DNA of 64,000 nucleotides from Octopus sinensis (Eukaryota): NCBI RefSeq assembly GCF_006345805.1, contig NC_043002.1, positions 39,060,001-39,124,000 on the forward strand. The letters run 5' to 3'. Shown piece after piece: positions 11,281 to 23,215 of this stretch (within the stretch, counting starts at the first letter, position 1; each line of letters begins with the position of its first letter). The notes below the pieces were generated by a model. The model saw only the letters and a program-made list of their open reading frames with translations. It was not told the origin of the DNA and did not search any database. The position numbers were made by a program, and so were the translations under genes.

Positions 11281-13303
11281 CTAAATGAATGAGGAAATTA
11301 CAATGTAATGATGTCATAACACAATTACAATTTTCTTGTCATGCTTCTCATATAATTTAAACACAATTTAAATGTATTTTATGTCATTTCTTTTTATTAT
11401 CAGTCTTTAGGTTCCATTTGTTTTCATTCATATGATGAAACAGCAATTATAACGTTCACTCACGCCTTAAGCAACTGTTATATGTAAGCTACACCTGGAG
11501 ATCGAAACTGGATAGCATACCCCCATTTACCTGGAACTTATTACCTAATCCACGACATGTACACTTTGATGACACTGGTCGTGTCATACGTGCGGGAACA
11601 AAATTTACTCAGGGGATGCGAATCCAGCTTCAACCCAGGATATTCACAGCGTTTTCATTGGCCTCACCAAGAAAAATTTTAGTGGGTATGCTTGCAACCC
11701 TTGCCCTGCCCCTGTCTATGGCTTGCATGTATTGTGTATTGTCGACGTCGGCTGCCACTCAAGGAGACAATGGAAATGTTTCCTTTCCCTTCACTCTCCT
11801 TCTAGACCCCTCCTTCTCCTGTCATTCTCTCTCTTCTTATCACATCATATGCGATAACCCTGAAAGCCTATTTGGAAGTGACAAATTTTTCAGAAACCCC
11901 CACAGGAAAAAACTGAGTCGTGGTATGGGGTTAGTAATAGGGGGAGTAATTGTGGGTAGTAAAGAAATAGGTATTTCGTCTGCCGTTACGTTCTGAGTTC
12001 AAATTCCACCGAGGTCCAATTTGCCTTTCATCTTTGGGGGCCGATAAATTAAGTACCAGTTACGCACTGGGGTCGATGTAATCGACTTAATCCCTTTGTC
12101 TGTCCTTGTTTGTCCCCTCTATGTTTAACCCCTTGTGGGCAATAAAGAAATAAGAAACGTTAGCACGTCGGGCGAAATGCTTAGCGATATTTCGTCTGCC
12201 GCTACGTTCTCAGTTCAAATTCTGCCGAGGTCGACTTTGCCTTTCATCCTTTCGGGGTCGATAAATTAAGTTCCAGTTACGTACTGGGGTCGATCTAATC
12301 TACTGACCTCTTCCACCAAAATTTCGGGTCTTGTGCCTAGAGCAGTAAAGGATATTTCTTCCAGTTCTTCACGTTCTGGTTGCAAATCTCACTAAAGACA
12401 ACTTTGCTTTTCAGATTTTCAGCATGGGTAAAACAAATTGCTCGTCAAATATTGGGCTTTATAGCATCGATTAATGGCTCTTCCTTAACAACCGTTAGTG
12501 TTATGTCGCCACTAGAAACCATTAATCTCATGCACTTGTATTATTTTTTTCTCGAGAGCGTATTGAGCCGGTTTACACGTTTTCCATGGCGTATAAAGAC
12601 CACAGCAACCGTCCTGGACAGGATGCTGGTCCGTAGCAGGCTCGCAACTTTTGAGGAGGAGTGGGAAGAGCAAGTCTGTTCTATTACATCGTCCCAGGAG
12701 TTCGATTCGTACTTTACTTTAGCGATCCTACAAGGTAAAGTTGACTTCGACGCGATTGAAACTCAAAACGGGAGGAACCAAATAGAATATCACTAAGCAT
12801 TTTTTCCGGCGCGCTAACGATTCTGCCAATTCACCATTTTTATATACTTATATAAGTGTATGTTAGTGTTGTGGAGGCGCGTGGCTTAATGGTTAGAGTA
12901 TCAGACTCATGATCGTACGATTGTTGTTTCGATTCCTGGACCGGGCGACGCGTTGTGTTCACGTTGCTCCAAAAAAGCCCGTTGTGGACAATAAAGAAAT
13001 CAGTATTGTTATATTCTTGTATGTTTGTTTCCTGATATCTATATTTTAGTGCAGATACGATAGCTTATGTTCGTATGCATGTGTTTGTGTATGCCCGCAG
13101 AGCATGCAGTGGTGATACGTTACAAGTTGCTTATCTTCTACTTTACTTCTTGTGGTTTTGTTTAACTCTTTGTTAGAATATTTACATACATATGAGTATT
13201 TGTGGTTTTGTGTCTACGTATATATGGTACGTGTGTGTGTTATTAATGTTATGAAATCTTTCACAGCCTTGGATGGTTATCTCATTCTATTAATTTTATA
13301 TAT

Positions 13304-13354
<51 letters not shown>

Positions 13355-13590
13355 ATATATACATGCATTTTCGTTCGTAGATTTGCGTTGACACATATAT
13401 ACCTATGAATATAGTACATATAAACTCGTGCGAAATTATGTTAAACCTTATCCACATCCGGATGGTTGTGTATGTATAGCTAACCTCATTCAATATATAT
13501 TTCTCGACATCTGTATGTAATTATATTTTCCATTTACATCTGTGCTCAGACACGCTTGTGAGTAAATATATGTTCTAGTACTTAGCTATA

Positions 13591-13998
13591 CTCTTTTACT
13601 CTTTTACTTGTTTCAGTCATTTGACTGCGGCCATGCTGGAGCACCGCCTTTAGTCGAGCAAATCGACCCCGGGACTTATTCTTTGTAAGCCCATACTTAT
13701 TCTATCGGTCTCTTTTGCCGAACCGCTAAGTTACGGGGACATAAACACACCAGCATCGGTTGTCATTCCAATGCTAGGGGGACAAACACAGACACACAAA
13801 CCCACACACACACACACATATATATATATATACATATATACGACAGGCTTCTTTCAGTTTCCGTCTACCAAATCCACTCACAAGGCATTGGTCGGCCCGA
13901 GGCTATAGCAGAAGACACTTGCCCAAGATGCCACGCAGTGGGACTGAACCCGGAACCATGTGGTTGGTTAGCAAGCTACTTACCACACAGCCACTCCA
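13591..13998 (-). mobile_element. SINE family S1 (tRNA-like head, CORE-like box, internal microsatellite, (GTAAAAGA)n tail); this is the youngest-looking copy. Other copies or fragments: 1045-1150, 3618-3832, 7185-7490, 7838-8278, 10672-10985, 14050-14375, 14540-14715, 16712-17070, 22485-22790, 25810-25930, 27030-27415, 31528-31975, 33715-34092, 58770-59185, 63825-64000
   Basis: Head with a GGTTCAGTCC B-box, C(C/T)TTGGGCAAGTGTCTT CORE-like box and octamer tail. Candidate target-site duplication AGCTAT. Confidence 0.9.
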
Positions 13999-14410
13999 GC
14001 TATGTTCATATAAATAGTTGTTCGTTCACTCCACACAGCGTAGCACCTTCTATAGCCTCGAACCGAACAAAGCCTTGTGAATGGATTTGGTAGACAGAAA
14101 CTGAGAGAAACCCGTTGTATATATATATATATATGTGCATGTGTGTGTGTGTGTCCGTGTCCTTGTGTATGTATTTTTCACCCCCACCAACGCTTGACAA
14201 CCGGTGTTAGTATGTTTACGTCCCATATAATCTAGCGGTTCGGCAAAAGTGACCTTTAGAATACGTACTTGATTTTAAAGAAATTAGTCTTAAGGTCGAT
14301 TTGTTCGACTAAAAACCCTTCAGTTTGTTGCTCCAGCATTGCCGCAGTCAAATGACTGAAACAAGCAAGAGATAAAAGACACAAGAACAAATAACGTATA
14401 TGTATTGTAT

Positions 14411-14450
<40 letters not shown>

Positions 14451-14819
14451 TGTGTGTGTGTGTGTGTGTGCGTTTGTGTGAACGCAATGTAATTTAGAAA
14501 TCACTTTGGTATTTAGACTATCTTTATCTTTTTCCTTTATCTTGTATTTGTTTCAGTCCTTCGACTACGGCTATGCTGGGGTACCGGCCACGAAGATTTT
14601 AGTCGAACGAATCGGCCCCATCACCCTCCAATACTTCTTTCTTCAAGTTTGGTACTTATCCTATTGGGTCTACGGGATGTAAAGAAACCAACGCCGTTTG
14701 TGAAGCGGTTGTGACATGGGCCAAACCTATCTGTAGGTATGTATTTGCACATGTGTATCTGTCTATTAATTCTTCTTGTTGCATTTGTGTACGCGTAAAA
14801 GATTCTTTCAACATTTCTA

Positions 14820-15110
<291 letters not shown>

Positions 15111-16831
15111 AAGAGAAAACGTAAGATTAACTTATCACCTTATTTTGGAATACGCCTGTATAACAATGCGAATGCGCTTTAGTCTCTATAAACAAGTATT
15201 CATACATTTATGTACTGTGTTTATATAAAGTGTATGTGATTGTGTGTGTTCGTGTGTGTGCGTGTGCGTAGATGCGTGTGTGTTTAAGGCATCAAACGAC
15301 AGCAGATCTCAATCGTTGATAGGCAAATCTAAGTTTGATTAGCAGCTGAGCTGTGTGGAGAGTTAAGCTATAAAACCTGATGAAATCTATCAAATATCCC
15401 TTGCACGCAACCTGCTGAGAGAATTCGTAGCATGTGCAAATGCATTAATTCTGTTGCAGCTGTTGGTATGGCTGTTACTGTTGCTGTCGATGCTGCTATT
15501 ACTAACTGGTGCAAACGGATTAAGCGAAAGTTTAAACGGAATTTTAAATTTTCTACCCTTAATAGTAAAAAACAAATGTACGAAATCTTAATACTTTCAA
15601 ATTATGAGCAATCATTAATTTAATTTGATCACGAGAATTATATTCGATTACTGGTGTTTGTTATGCTTTTGTTGGGGTTTTTTCGTTGTTATTTTTGTTT
15701 GTTGCTTGTTATTTTGATTCTTCTCTCATTGTTGTAGCTCATACAATTGTTTTTGCTATTGTTGCTCTTGCTGTTCTTTGTTGATGAGTTAGCAGACATT
15801 ATGGAACGGCACAGAATAAAATGCACTACATATAATTAGTTTTCTTCCTCTAGTGATCGTAGTTGAAAATCCACCGAGATCGACTTTGCCTTTCATCTTC
15901 CCAAGGTCGATAAAAATAAGTCTGAGGCAGGGATTGAAGTTGATCCAATCGAATGTACCCTTCACCTACAAATGCCTGGACATTTTCCAAAGGAAGAAAT
16001 CATTATAAGTATATCTTAACATACAAATCTGGCTGCGATATAAACAGTAACTATTTCCCCATACAACGATAAAAGCCTTTGTTTAATATTTGTTAGTTTT
16101 TTTTAAACTTTGTTTTGTATCAAAATTAGGCTTCGCCTAGGTTTTCTCTTTTTTTAGTAATACTAAACATAACTATTTATATTCTATGTAAACATTTATT
16201 GTAACTGAATATAAACCAGATTGCTTAGTAATTTAGTAAAAGGTGAGCTATTTAAATATGTTTACTTTATTCATCAGTTTCTGGAGTGGATATTGGATGA
16301 TAAGAGATCACGTGGAGCCCTGTATTAGAAATTGTTTGGGGAAGACGTCATTTACGTGTTAACTGAATGCTTGCTGTAAGCACACAGGACAATAATCAGG
16401 ATTAAACTGTCTTAAATTCTCCAGAATCAAAGAAATATGTAACAATTGCGTTACAGTTTGAATGAGTAATATAGCAAAAGATGTTACAAACGAGAATAGG
16501 AAATATTGAATAGGAGGTTTTCTGTGATCAAATCAGACGAAGATAATAAACTGCACTTTTCATTCTTTTGGGCTCCATAAGACAAGAAACTGTAGGGCAT
16601 CAGATCGAACAGCCACATTCTCTCTCAAACGATGGTCTTATGACTACTTCAAGAATTGTTGTGACTAAAAATATGAGAAACTTCTGCAAACCTATCTGTC
16701 TATCTGAATAGGCGCAGGCGTGGCTGTTTGAGAAGAAGCTTGCTTCCCAACCACATGGTTCCAGGTTCAGTCCCACTGCGTGGCACACTGGGCAAGTGAG
16801 GATTTGGAAGATGGAAATTGAAACGAGCCTG

Positions 16832-16868
<37 letters not shown>

Positions 16869-18383
16869 AGTGTATCTCCCACCACCGCTTGACAACCAGT
16901 GTTGGTTGGTTTACGTCCCCGCAGCTTAGCAGTTCGACAAAAGGAGTTGGAATAGAATAAGTACTAGACTTTAAAAAATAAGCACTAGGGTCGATTCATT
17001 CAACTAAAATGTTCTTCAAAGCAGTGCCCCAGCATGGGGGCACTGAAACAAGTAAAAAGGTAAAATAAAAATAGTCTAGTATTTTATTTTTAAGATACTT
17101 CACTCTGCACTTTGGGAAGATTGTGTGAGAATACCCTATAATTTAATTTCTTCCAAAATTGGAAGAATTTTGTTGCTCCTTCCTCCAGAGTCAAGAAGTA
17201 AAATAAAGTTACTGATGAAACGCACGCAAACGTACAAACGCAAATATCGAAATCTGTGTTTGTTTGTGTGAATATGTGTGTTTCTTATTCGTTTATTGCC
17301 CCCAAGGGGCTAAACATAGAGGGGACAAACAAGGACAGACAAACGGATTAAGTCGATTACATCGCCCCCTGAGCGTAACTGGTACTTAATTTATCGATCC
17401 CGAAAGGATGAAAAGTAAAGTCGACCTCGGCGGAATTTGAACTCAGAACGTAACGGCAGACGAAATACCTATTTCTTTACTACCCACAAGGGGCTGAACA
17501 CAGAGAGGACAAACAAGGACAGACAAACGGATTAAGTCGATTATATCGACTCCAGTGCGTAACTGGTACTTATTTAATCGACTCCGAAAGGATGAAAGGT
17601 AAAGTCGACCTCGGTGGAATTTGAACTGAGAACGTAGCGGCAGACGAAATACTGCTAAGCATAACACCCGGCATGCAAACGTTTCCGCCAGCTCGCCGCC
17701 TCACACGAATACGTGTGTTTCTGAATATGATTTTATATGCATTTATTGTTGGGGAAAATATGTGATCTTTTGTCTACCCACGTATATTTACAAGTGATTT
17801 TATTTATGAATTTGTTAATCATTTCTGTCACATTGTCTTACAATAAACGCCAAATATATGAAGTAAACTGTATTTATTCATTTTCATTTGTACATATACT
17901 TATTTTCATGAGTATTTTGTTGTTCTTTTTCTATTAATTCCCGTTTGTTACTAGGCTTCAGTAAATATATGCGTACTTTCACACATATATGTAAGCATGT
18001 GTGTATCTGTACATGTATGTTTTCTTCTAGTTTTAGTTATTTTGAAGTCTTCCTGCAAAGAAGGTGTTGCTTTCAAACAAAGATATAAGAGTCCACTATT
18101 TTAATTGAGATAACAAAACCAAATTCACATTCAGAACTTTAGAAATGTCTTGCATATTTTTACTTTCCCACTTACAGATAGCATCTATAATTTACGTAAT
18201 AAGAATATATGTATATTTCAGCCGAAGAGGGTTTTGGTTGAAACGCTTTGCATATCACAGAGAGATAACAACGGTGAATAAATCATGTAATTCTGCATCA
18301 TACGGTAGTCTGGAAACTCAAGCGAAAGTGTTCTTAACTAAGAGTAGTAGAATATGTATGTGTGTATCTTTGTATATATATAT

Positions 18384-18454
<71 letters not shown>

Positions 18455-18748
18455 AGAGAGAGAAGGATAAGAATGATATAGACAGGTATGCAGTATTCAC
18501 ACCATCCATAATCTTCTTTTCTACTCTAGGCATAAGGCCCGATATTTTGGGGGAGGGAGCCAGTCGATTACATTGACCCCAGTACGCAACATGAATCTTT
18601 ATTTATCGATCCTGAAAGTATGAAAGGCAAAGTCGACCTCGACGGAATTTGAACACAAAACGTAAAGACAGACGAAATATCGCTAAGCATTTCGCCCGGC
18701 GTGCTAATGTTTCAGCCAGCTCGACACCTTAACATCGATAATATTACG

Positions 18749-19042
18749 TAATATGTTACGCAAATCTCAACTCATCAGGCTAACCAAATAAGCAAGCAAG
18801 CAGTTGCATGTTGATTAATCAACAGGTGATCAACAAGTAAAATTTCTTATCAGAATTACCATCATCTTATAAATGTAAAGTGGGTACTATCTGTCAATCA
18901 TCAAAGGTGGAAAGCAGAATGATGTTGCAAATTAAATAACTGTTTCTATTCCAATGATGTCATTAAACTTAGCAACCTCGTTCATCAAGGCTAGTGGCAA
19001 GCATGTTATTCGATGATGAGTTGAGAGTTGCGTAACATATTA
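18749..19042. mobile_element. Unclassified MITE with 29-bp terminal inverted repeats
   Basis: TAATATGTTACGCAAATCTCAACTCATCA against TGATGAGTTGAGAGTTGCGTAACATATTA, 28/29 complementary. Confidence 0.7.
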
Positions 19043-21235
19043 ATTTTATGGATGTTGCGCATACTGCATACTTGTCTCAACTATGCTTACGTCACAATAA
19101 AGACTTAACGAAGCAGCAGTAGCAAAACCAGGTAACCCATTCGTCTGTTTTAATTATGTTTATACGCCACAATTAAAGTTCCATTCATTGTTGGATATTA
19201 TTGGATAGACTGGGTACTGGAGTTGTGGATTGCCTAACAATTACGAAGCCCTTTCAACGATGCATTGTATGCTATGATAATCTATTGTTTAACTGTTTGT
19301 TTGGCGTTATTCTGTCTACCCAATAATTGCTGCGTGCTTGACTATGATATGCGTTGATCCTTTAGGCAACCCTGTAATTAAAGCTATATATATATATATA
19401 TATATGGGGGGGGAGGCGTGTGTGTGTATGTGGAGGTGCGTGGCTTAGTGGTTAAGATGTTAGCATCATGATCGTAAGATTGTGGTTTTGATTCCTGGAC
19501 CGGGCGACACGTTGTGTTCTTGAGCAAAACACTTCATTTCACGTTGCTCCAGTCCACTCAGCTGGCAAAAATGAGTAACGCTGCGATGGACTTGCGTCCC
19601 GTCCAGCTGGAAACACATACGCCATTGAAACCGGGAAACCGGGCTCATGAGCCTGACTAGGCTTTAAAAGGGCGCATTCATTATATATATATATATATAT
19701 ATATATATGCGAGAGTGTGCTGAAAAGCTCCTGGCTTTAAGGTTATCGCGAAAGGCCTGGTTGGAAGCCCAATCTTCCGAGTTCTTTTACAGGACTTCGA
19801 AAAACTGAAGGATTGCAGCAGTAAGTGTGTGAATCTGAGAGCGGAATATCTTGAATAAAAACAAAATTAACTGATCCTCTTGTATTTTATTTTACCCAAA
19901 GCCAGGAACTTTACAGCACCTACCAAATGTATATATATATATATATCGGGTTCCTGCATAACCACCTAGTTTCATCAGCGGGCTAAGGTAGATTTCTGTA
20001 AGATGAATTGTTTCATGTTGAGGGTATAATACATACCTAATTTAGATCGCCTTGTCAGTACATATTAACATAGATGTTGTCACGTATATGTACATTTTTA
20101 CAGATATTCTATACGCATGTATGTATGTATTTAAAATCATATAAGAATGAACGAAACTCTCGGACCTTGTATCACTCAGTTACTTCTACTAAATATTGAT
20201 ATATATAAATACATGAATTTGTTTGTATGCTTATGTATATATGTGTGAATCGTTAGCGATTTTCTTCCTCCGTCTTCCTTTTCTCTTGAACTTTCCTATG
20301 TCTCCTATTCCTGAAGAAGAGCTTTACTCGAAATGTAAAACTATATTTCTCTCCTTCCCTGAGCGTCTGTTGATACTTTGCATGCATGTACCACATCCTC
20401 GCGTTGTTGTTTTTGTTATTGTGTTTTTTTCTTCTTTTTTTTGGATTAATTGTATACGTATACAGATATACACGTACAAATATATACATATATATTTGTA
20501 TACATATGTATTTATTCATGCACCTCAGTGTATTTGTATGTATTTGCATAAATATATACTTCGACGAACTAGTTTCATATCTAGCTTCCTATATTTAAAA
20601 GTATATCATAAATGTATTTGAATATAAGTGTGTGTGTGAGTGTGTATGTGTGTTGCGTATATGGACATACATATGTGTACGTGTATATGTGTATATATAT
20701 ATATATAGGTAAATGTATGCCTAAACGTATTTCTGCGAGACATGCTTATAATACAGATCAATTTGTTAAAATCACATTTTGCCCAAAGTTTCAACAATAA
20801 AATTAAATTATAAACAAAATACATTGATATTGGCTAGCGCCTATGAAACATAATCGTGTTTGCTTTCATCCTCATATATCTAAAAAAAAAATGGTTAAGC
20901 TGTTTATTTATTCCACGCACGAATAAAAAATAGATAATAGATCTGAACAGATATCTGTATGGTGTCTCACAAACAGGTATAAATTTTTAAATTTCCACTA
21001 TCAGCAACACCAGCGTCATTTTAACTTCTATGTCATAATGCTAAAATTCAGTCAACTAAAAACGATTTATGAAAATATAGTTACAAACATGACTTTTGCG
21101 TTATAACAAACTCTACAGTCAAAAACCAAGACTCTTTCTTCTTTTATTATGAATTCTTCTAAATACAATATAATTCAGCTTCATTAAATTTAATTTGTTT
21201 CTTCAATTATCTTGAATTTTTTAGCAAGTTATGAT

Positions 21236-21267
<32 letters not shown>

Positions 21268-21271
21268 CATA

Positions 21272-21808
21272 CAGGGTGGACCAAAACTCACACACCAAAA
21301 CATTTTACTCTTTTTTTGTATTACGTTATTATTTTATTGTTATTGTTTTTGTTGTTGTTGAGGTGACGAGCTGTCAGAATTGTTAGCACGATGGGCAAAA
21401 TGCTTAGCGGCGTTTCGTCTGTCTTTATTTTCTGAGTTCAAATTCCGCAGAGGTTGGTTTTGCTTTTCATTCTTTCGGGATCGATACATTAAGTACCAGT
21501 TTAGTACTGGGTTCACTGTAGCAGACTAGCAACCCCACCCCTGCCGCAGATTTCAGGCCTTGTGCCTACAGCAGGAAGGATTATTATTATTATTGTTGTT
21601 GTTGTTGCTGTTGGTGGAGTTGTTGGTGGTGGTGGTGTTTGTGGTGGTCGTATTGTTATTGTTATTAGTATTCATTTTGTTCATGTACAAGTACGTGTGT
21701 ATTTATCATTATCTTATCTAGTTTATTCAATTTTAGAAAAATTGAAGCACGTCTAACAATTCCGGAGCGTATTGAACTTATCCTATACGTGACATTTGGC
21801 CCACCCTG
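21272..21808. mobile_element. Tc1/mariner-type MITE with a nested SINE (~21360-21590)
   Basis: Termini TA-CAGGGTGGACCAAA and TTTGGCCCACCCTG-TA. Confidence 0.65.
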
Positions 21809-21817
21809 TACACACAC

Positions 21818-21877
<60 letters not shown>

Positions 21878-22980
21878 ATATATATTATATATATATATAT
21901 TTAACTACTTATTTTAATTTTAAATATGTTTATGCTGCTTGCATAACGAACATGATTTAAAGGTCTCGCAACACTTCATTTCAGAATCACTGAATATGTA
22001 TAGCACCCAAATGAATAATGTGCTTACAATCTACCAATAGATTCTTAATCTGTGGCCTTTCATGAACCATTTCTTGTCAACAGGAATTCTAACAAACATC
22101 AACTGTAGGTCATTGTGTCGAGTGACTGCTACAAATATATATTTTTGTCGCTTCCCATTGTTTAATATTATGATACGTAATGCGAAAGTCACGGTATCTG
22201 GTTCAAATACGCTTTGTCTGGTGTGAAACTGTCCGTCCCTGATATGATAATGATAGGTTCGCGTTCAAATTCATAATAGATATTAATGTAAAATATCGAA
22301 AAAAAACATATTCAAATATAGATAGGTAGATAAATAGAGAGAGAGGGTGGAAGAGAGACAGAGGGGGCATGAATGCGAGATAAGAAGTCTACTCCCCAAC
22401 CACATGGTACCACTTTCAGTCTCACTAGCACAAGACGTACAAAGCCTTGTGAATGGATTTGATAGACGGAAACTGAAAGCTTAGTACTTACTCGATCGAT
22501 CGCTTTACTGAACCGCTAAGTTACGGTGGCGTAAACAAACCAACGCCGGTTGTCAAGAGGTGAGGGGGGGCGAACACAGACAAAAAGCGCTGCACACACA
22601 CATAGATATATACATATGTACACGACCGTCTTCTTTCGGTTTCCATCCACCAAATCCACTCACAAGGCTTTGTTGGCCCGAGGCTATAGTAGAAGACACT
22701 CGTCCAAGACGCCACGCAGTGGAACTCAACCCAGAACCATGTAGTTGGGAAGCAAGCTTCTTACCATACAGCCACACCTGCGCCTATGTATCTATTTATG
22801 TGTGATTGGTTTTGCATTGGTCCAACTCCAACCTTTGACACCCGTTGTTGGTAACATAGCGGATCGGTAATGGATAGAAGTACCATGTTTTAAAAATAAG
22901 GATTGGGGTCAATTTATCCAACCAAAAACCTTCACAGGTACACACGTATGTATACATATATACATACATATATATGCATA

Positions 22981-23215
22981 TAAGGCGGTGAGCTGGCAGA
23001 AAAGTTAGCGCGCCTGGCGAAATGCTTTGTGGTATTTCGTCCGCCACTGCGTTCTGAGTTCAAATTCCACCGAGGTCAACTTTGCCTTTCATCCTTTAGG
23101 GGTCGATAAATTAAGTACCAGTTACACACTGGGGTCGATGTAATCGACTTAATCCGTTTGTCTGTCCTTGTTTGTCCCCTCTGTGTTTATCCCATTCTGG
23201 GCAATAAAAAAAATA
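22981..23215 (+). mobile_element. SINE family S2 (AGGCGGCGAGCTGGCAGAA head). Other copies: 9626-9848, 11950-12365, 12640-12838, 15850-16008, 17285-17702, 18515-18732, 21360-21590, 23335-23665, 24165-25040, 25085-25285, 27500-27620, 34270-34485, 40177-40390, 40400-40628, 56280-56465
   Basis: Recurrent tRNA-like head with a GAGTTCAAATTCC B-box and a CTTTCATCCTTTCGGGGTCGAT body. Two tail variants occur. Confidence 0.92.

Noticed and set aside
11885-11910. LWGF on the minus strand near the PDZ exon
   Set aside because: The following residues are not PDZ-like, there is no phase-0 donor, and a stop follows.
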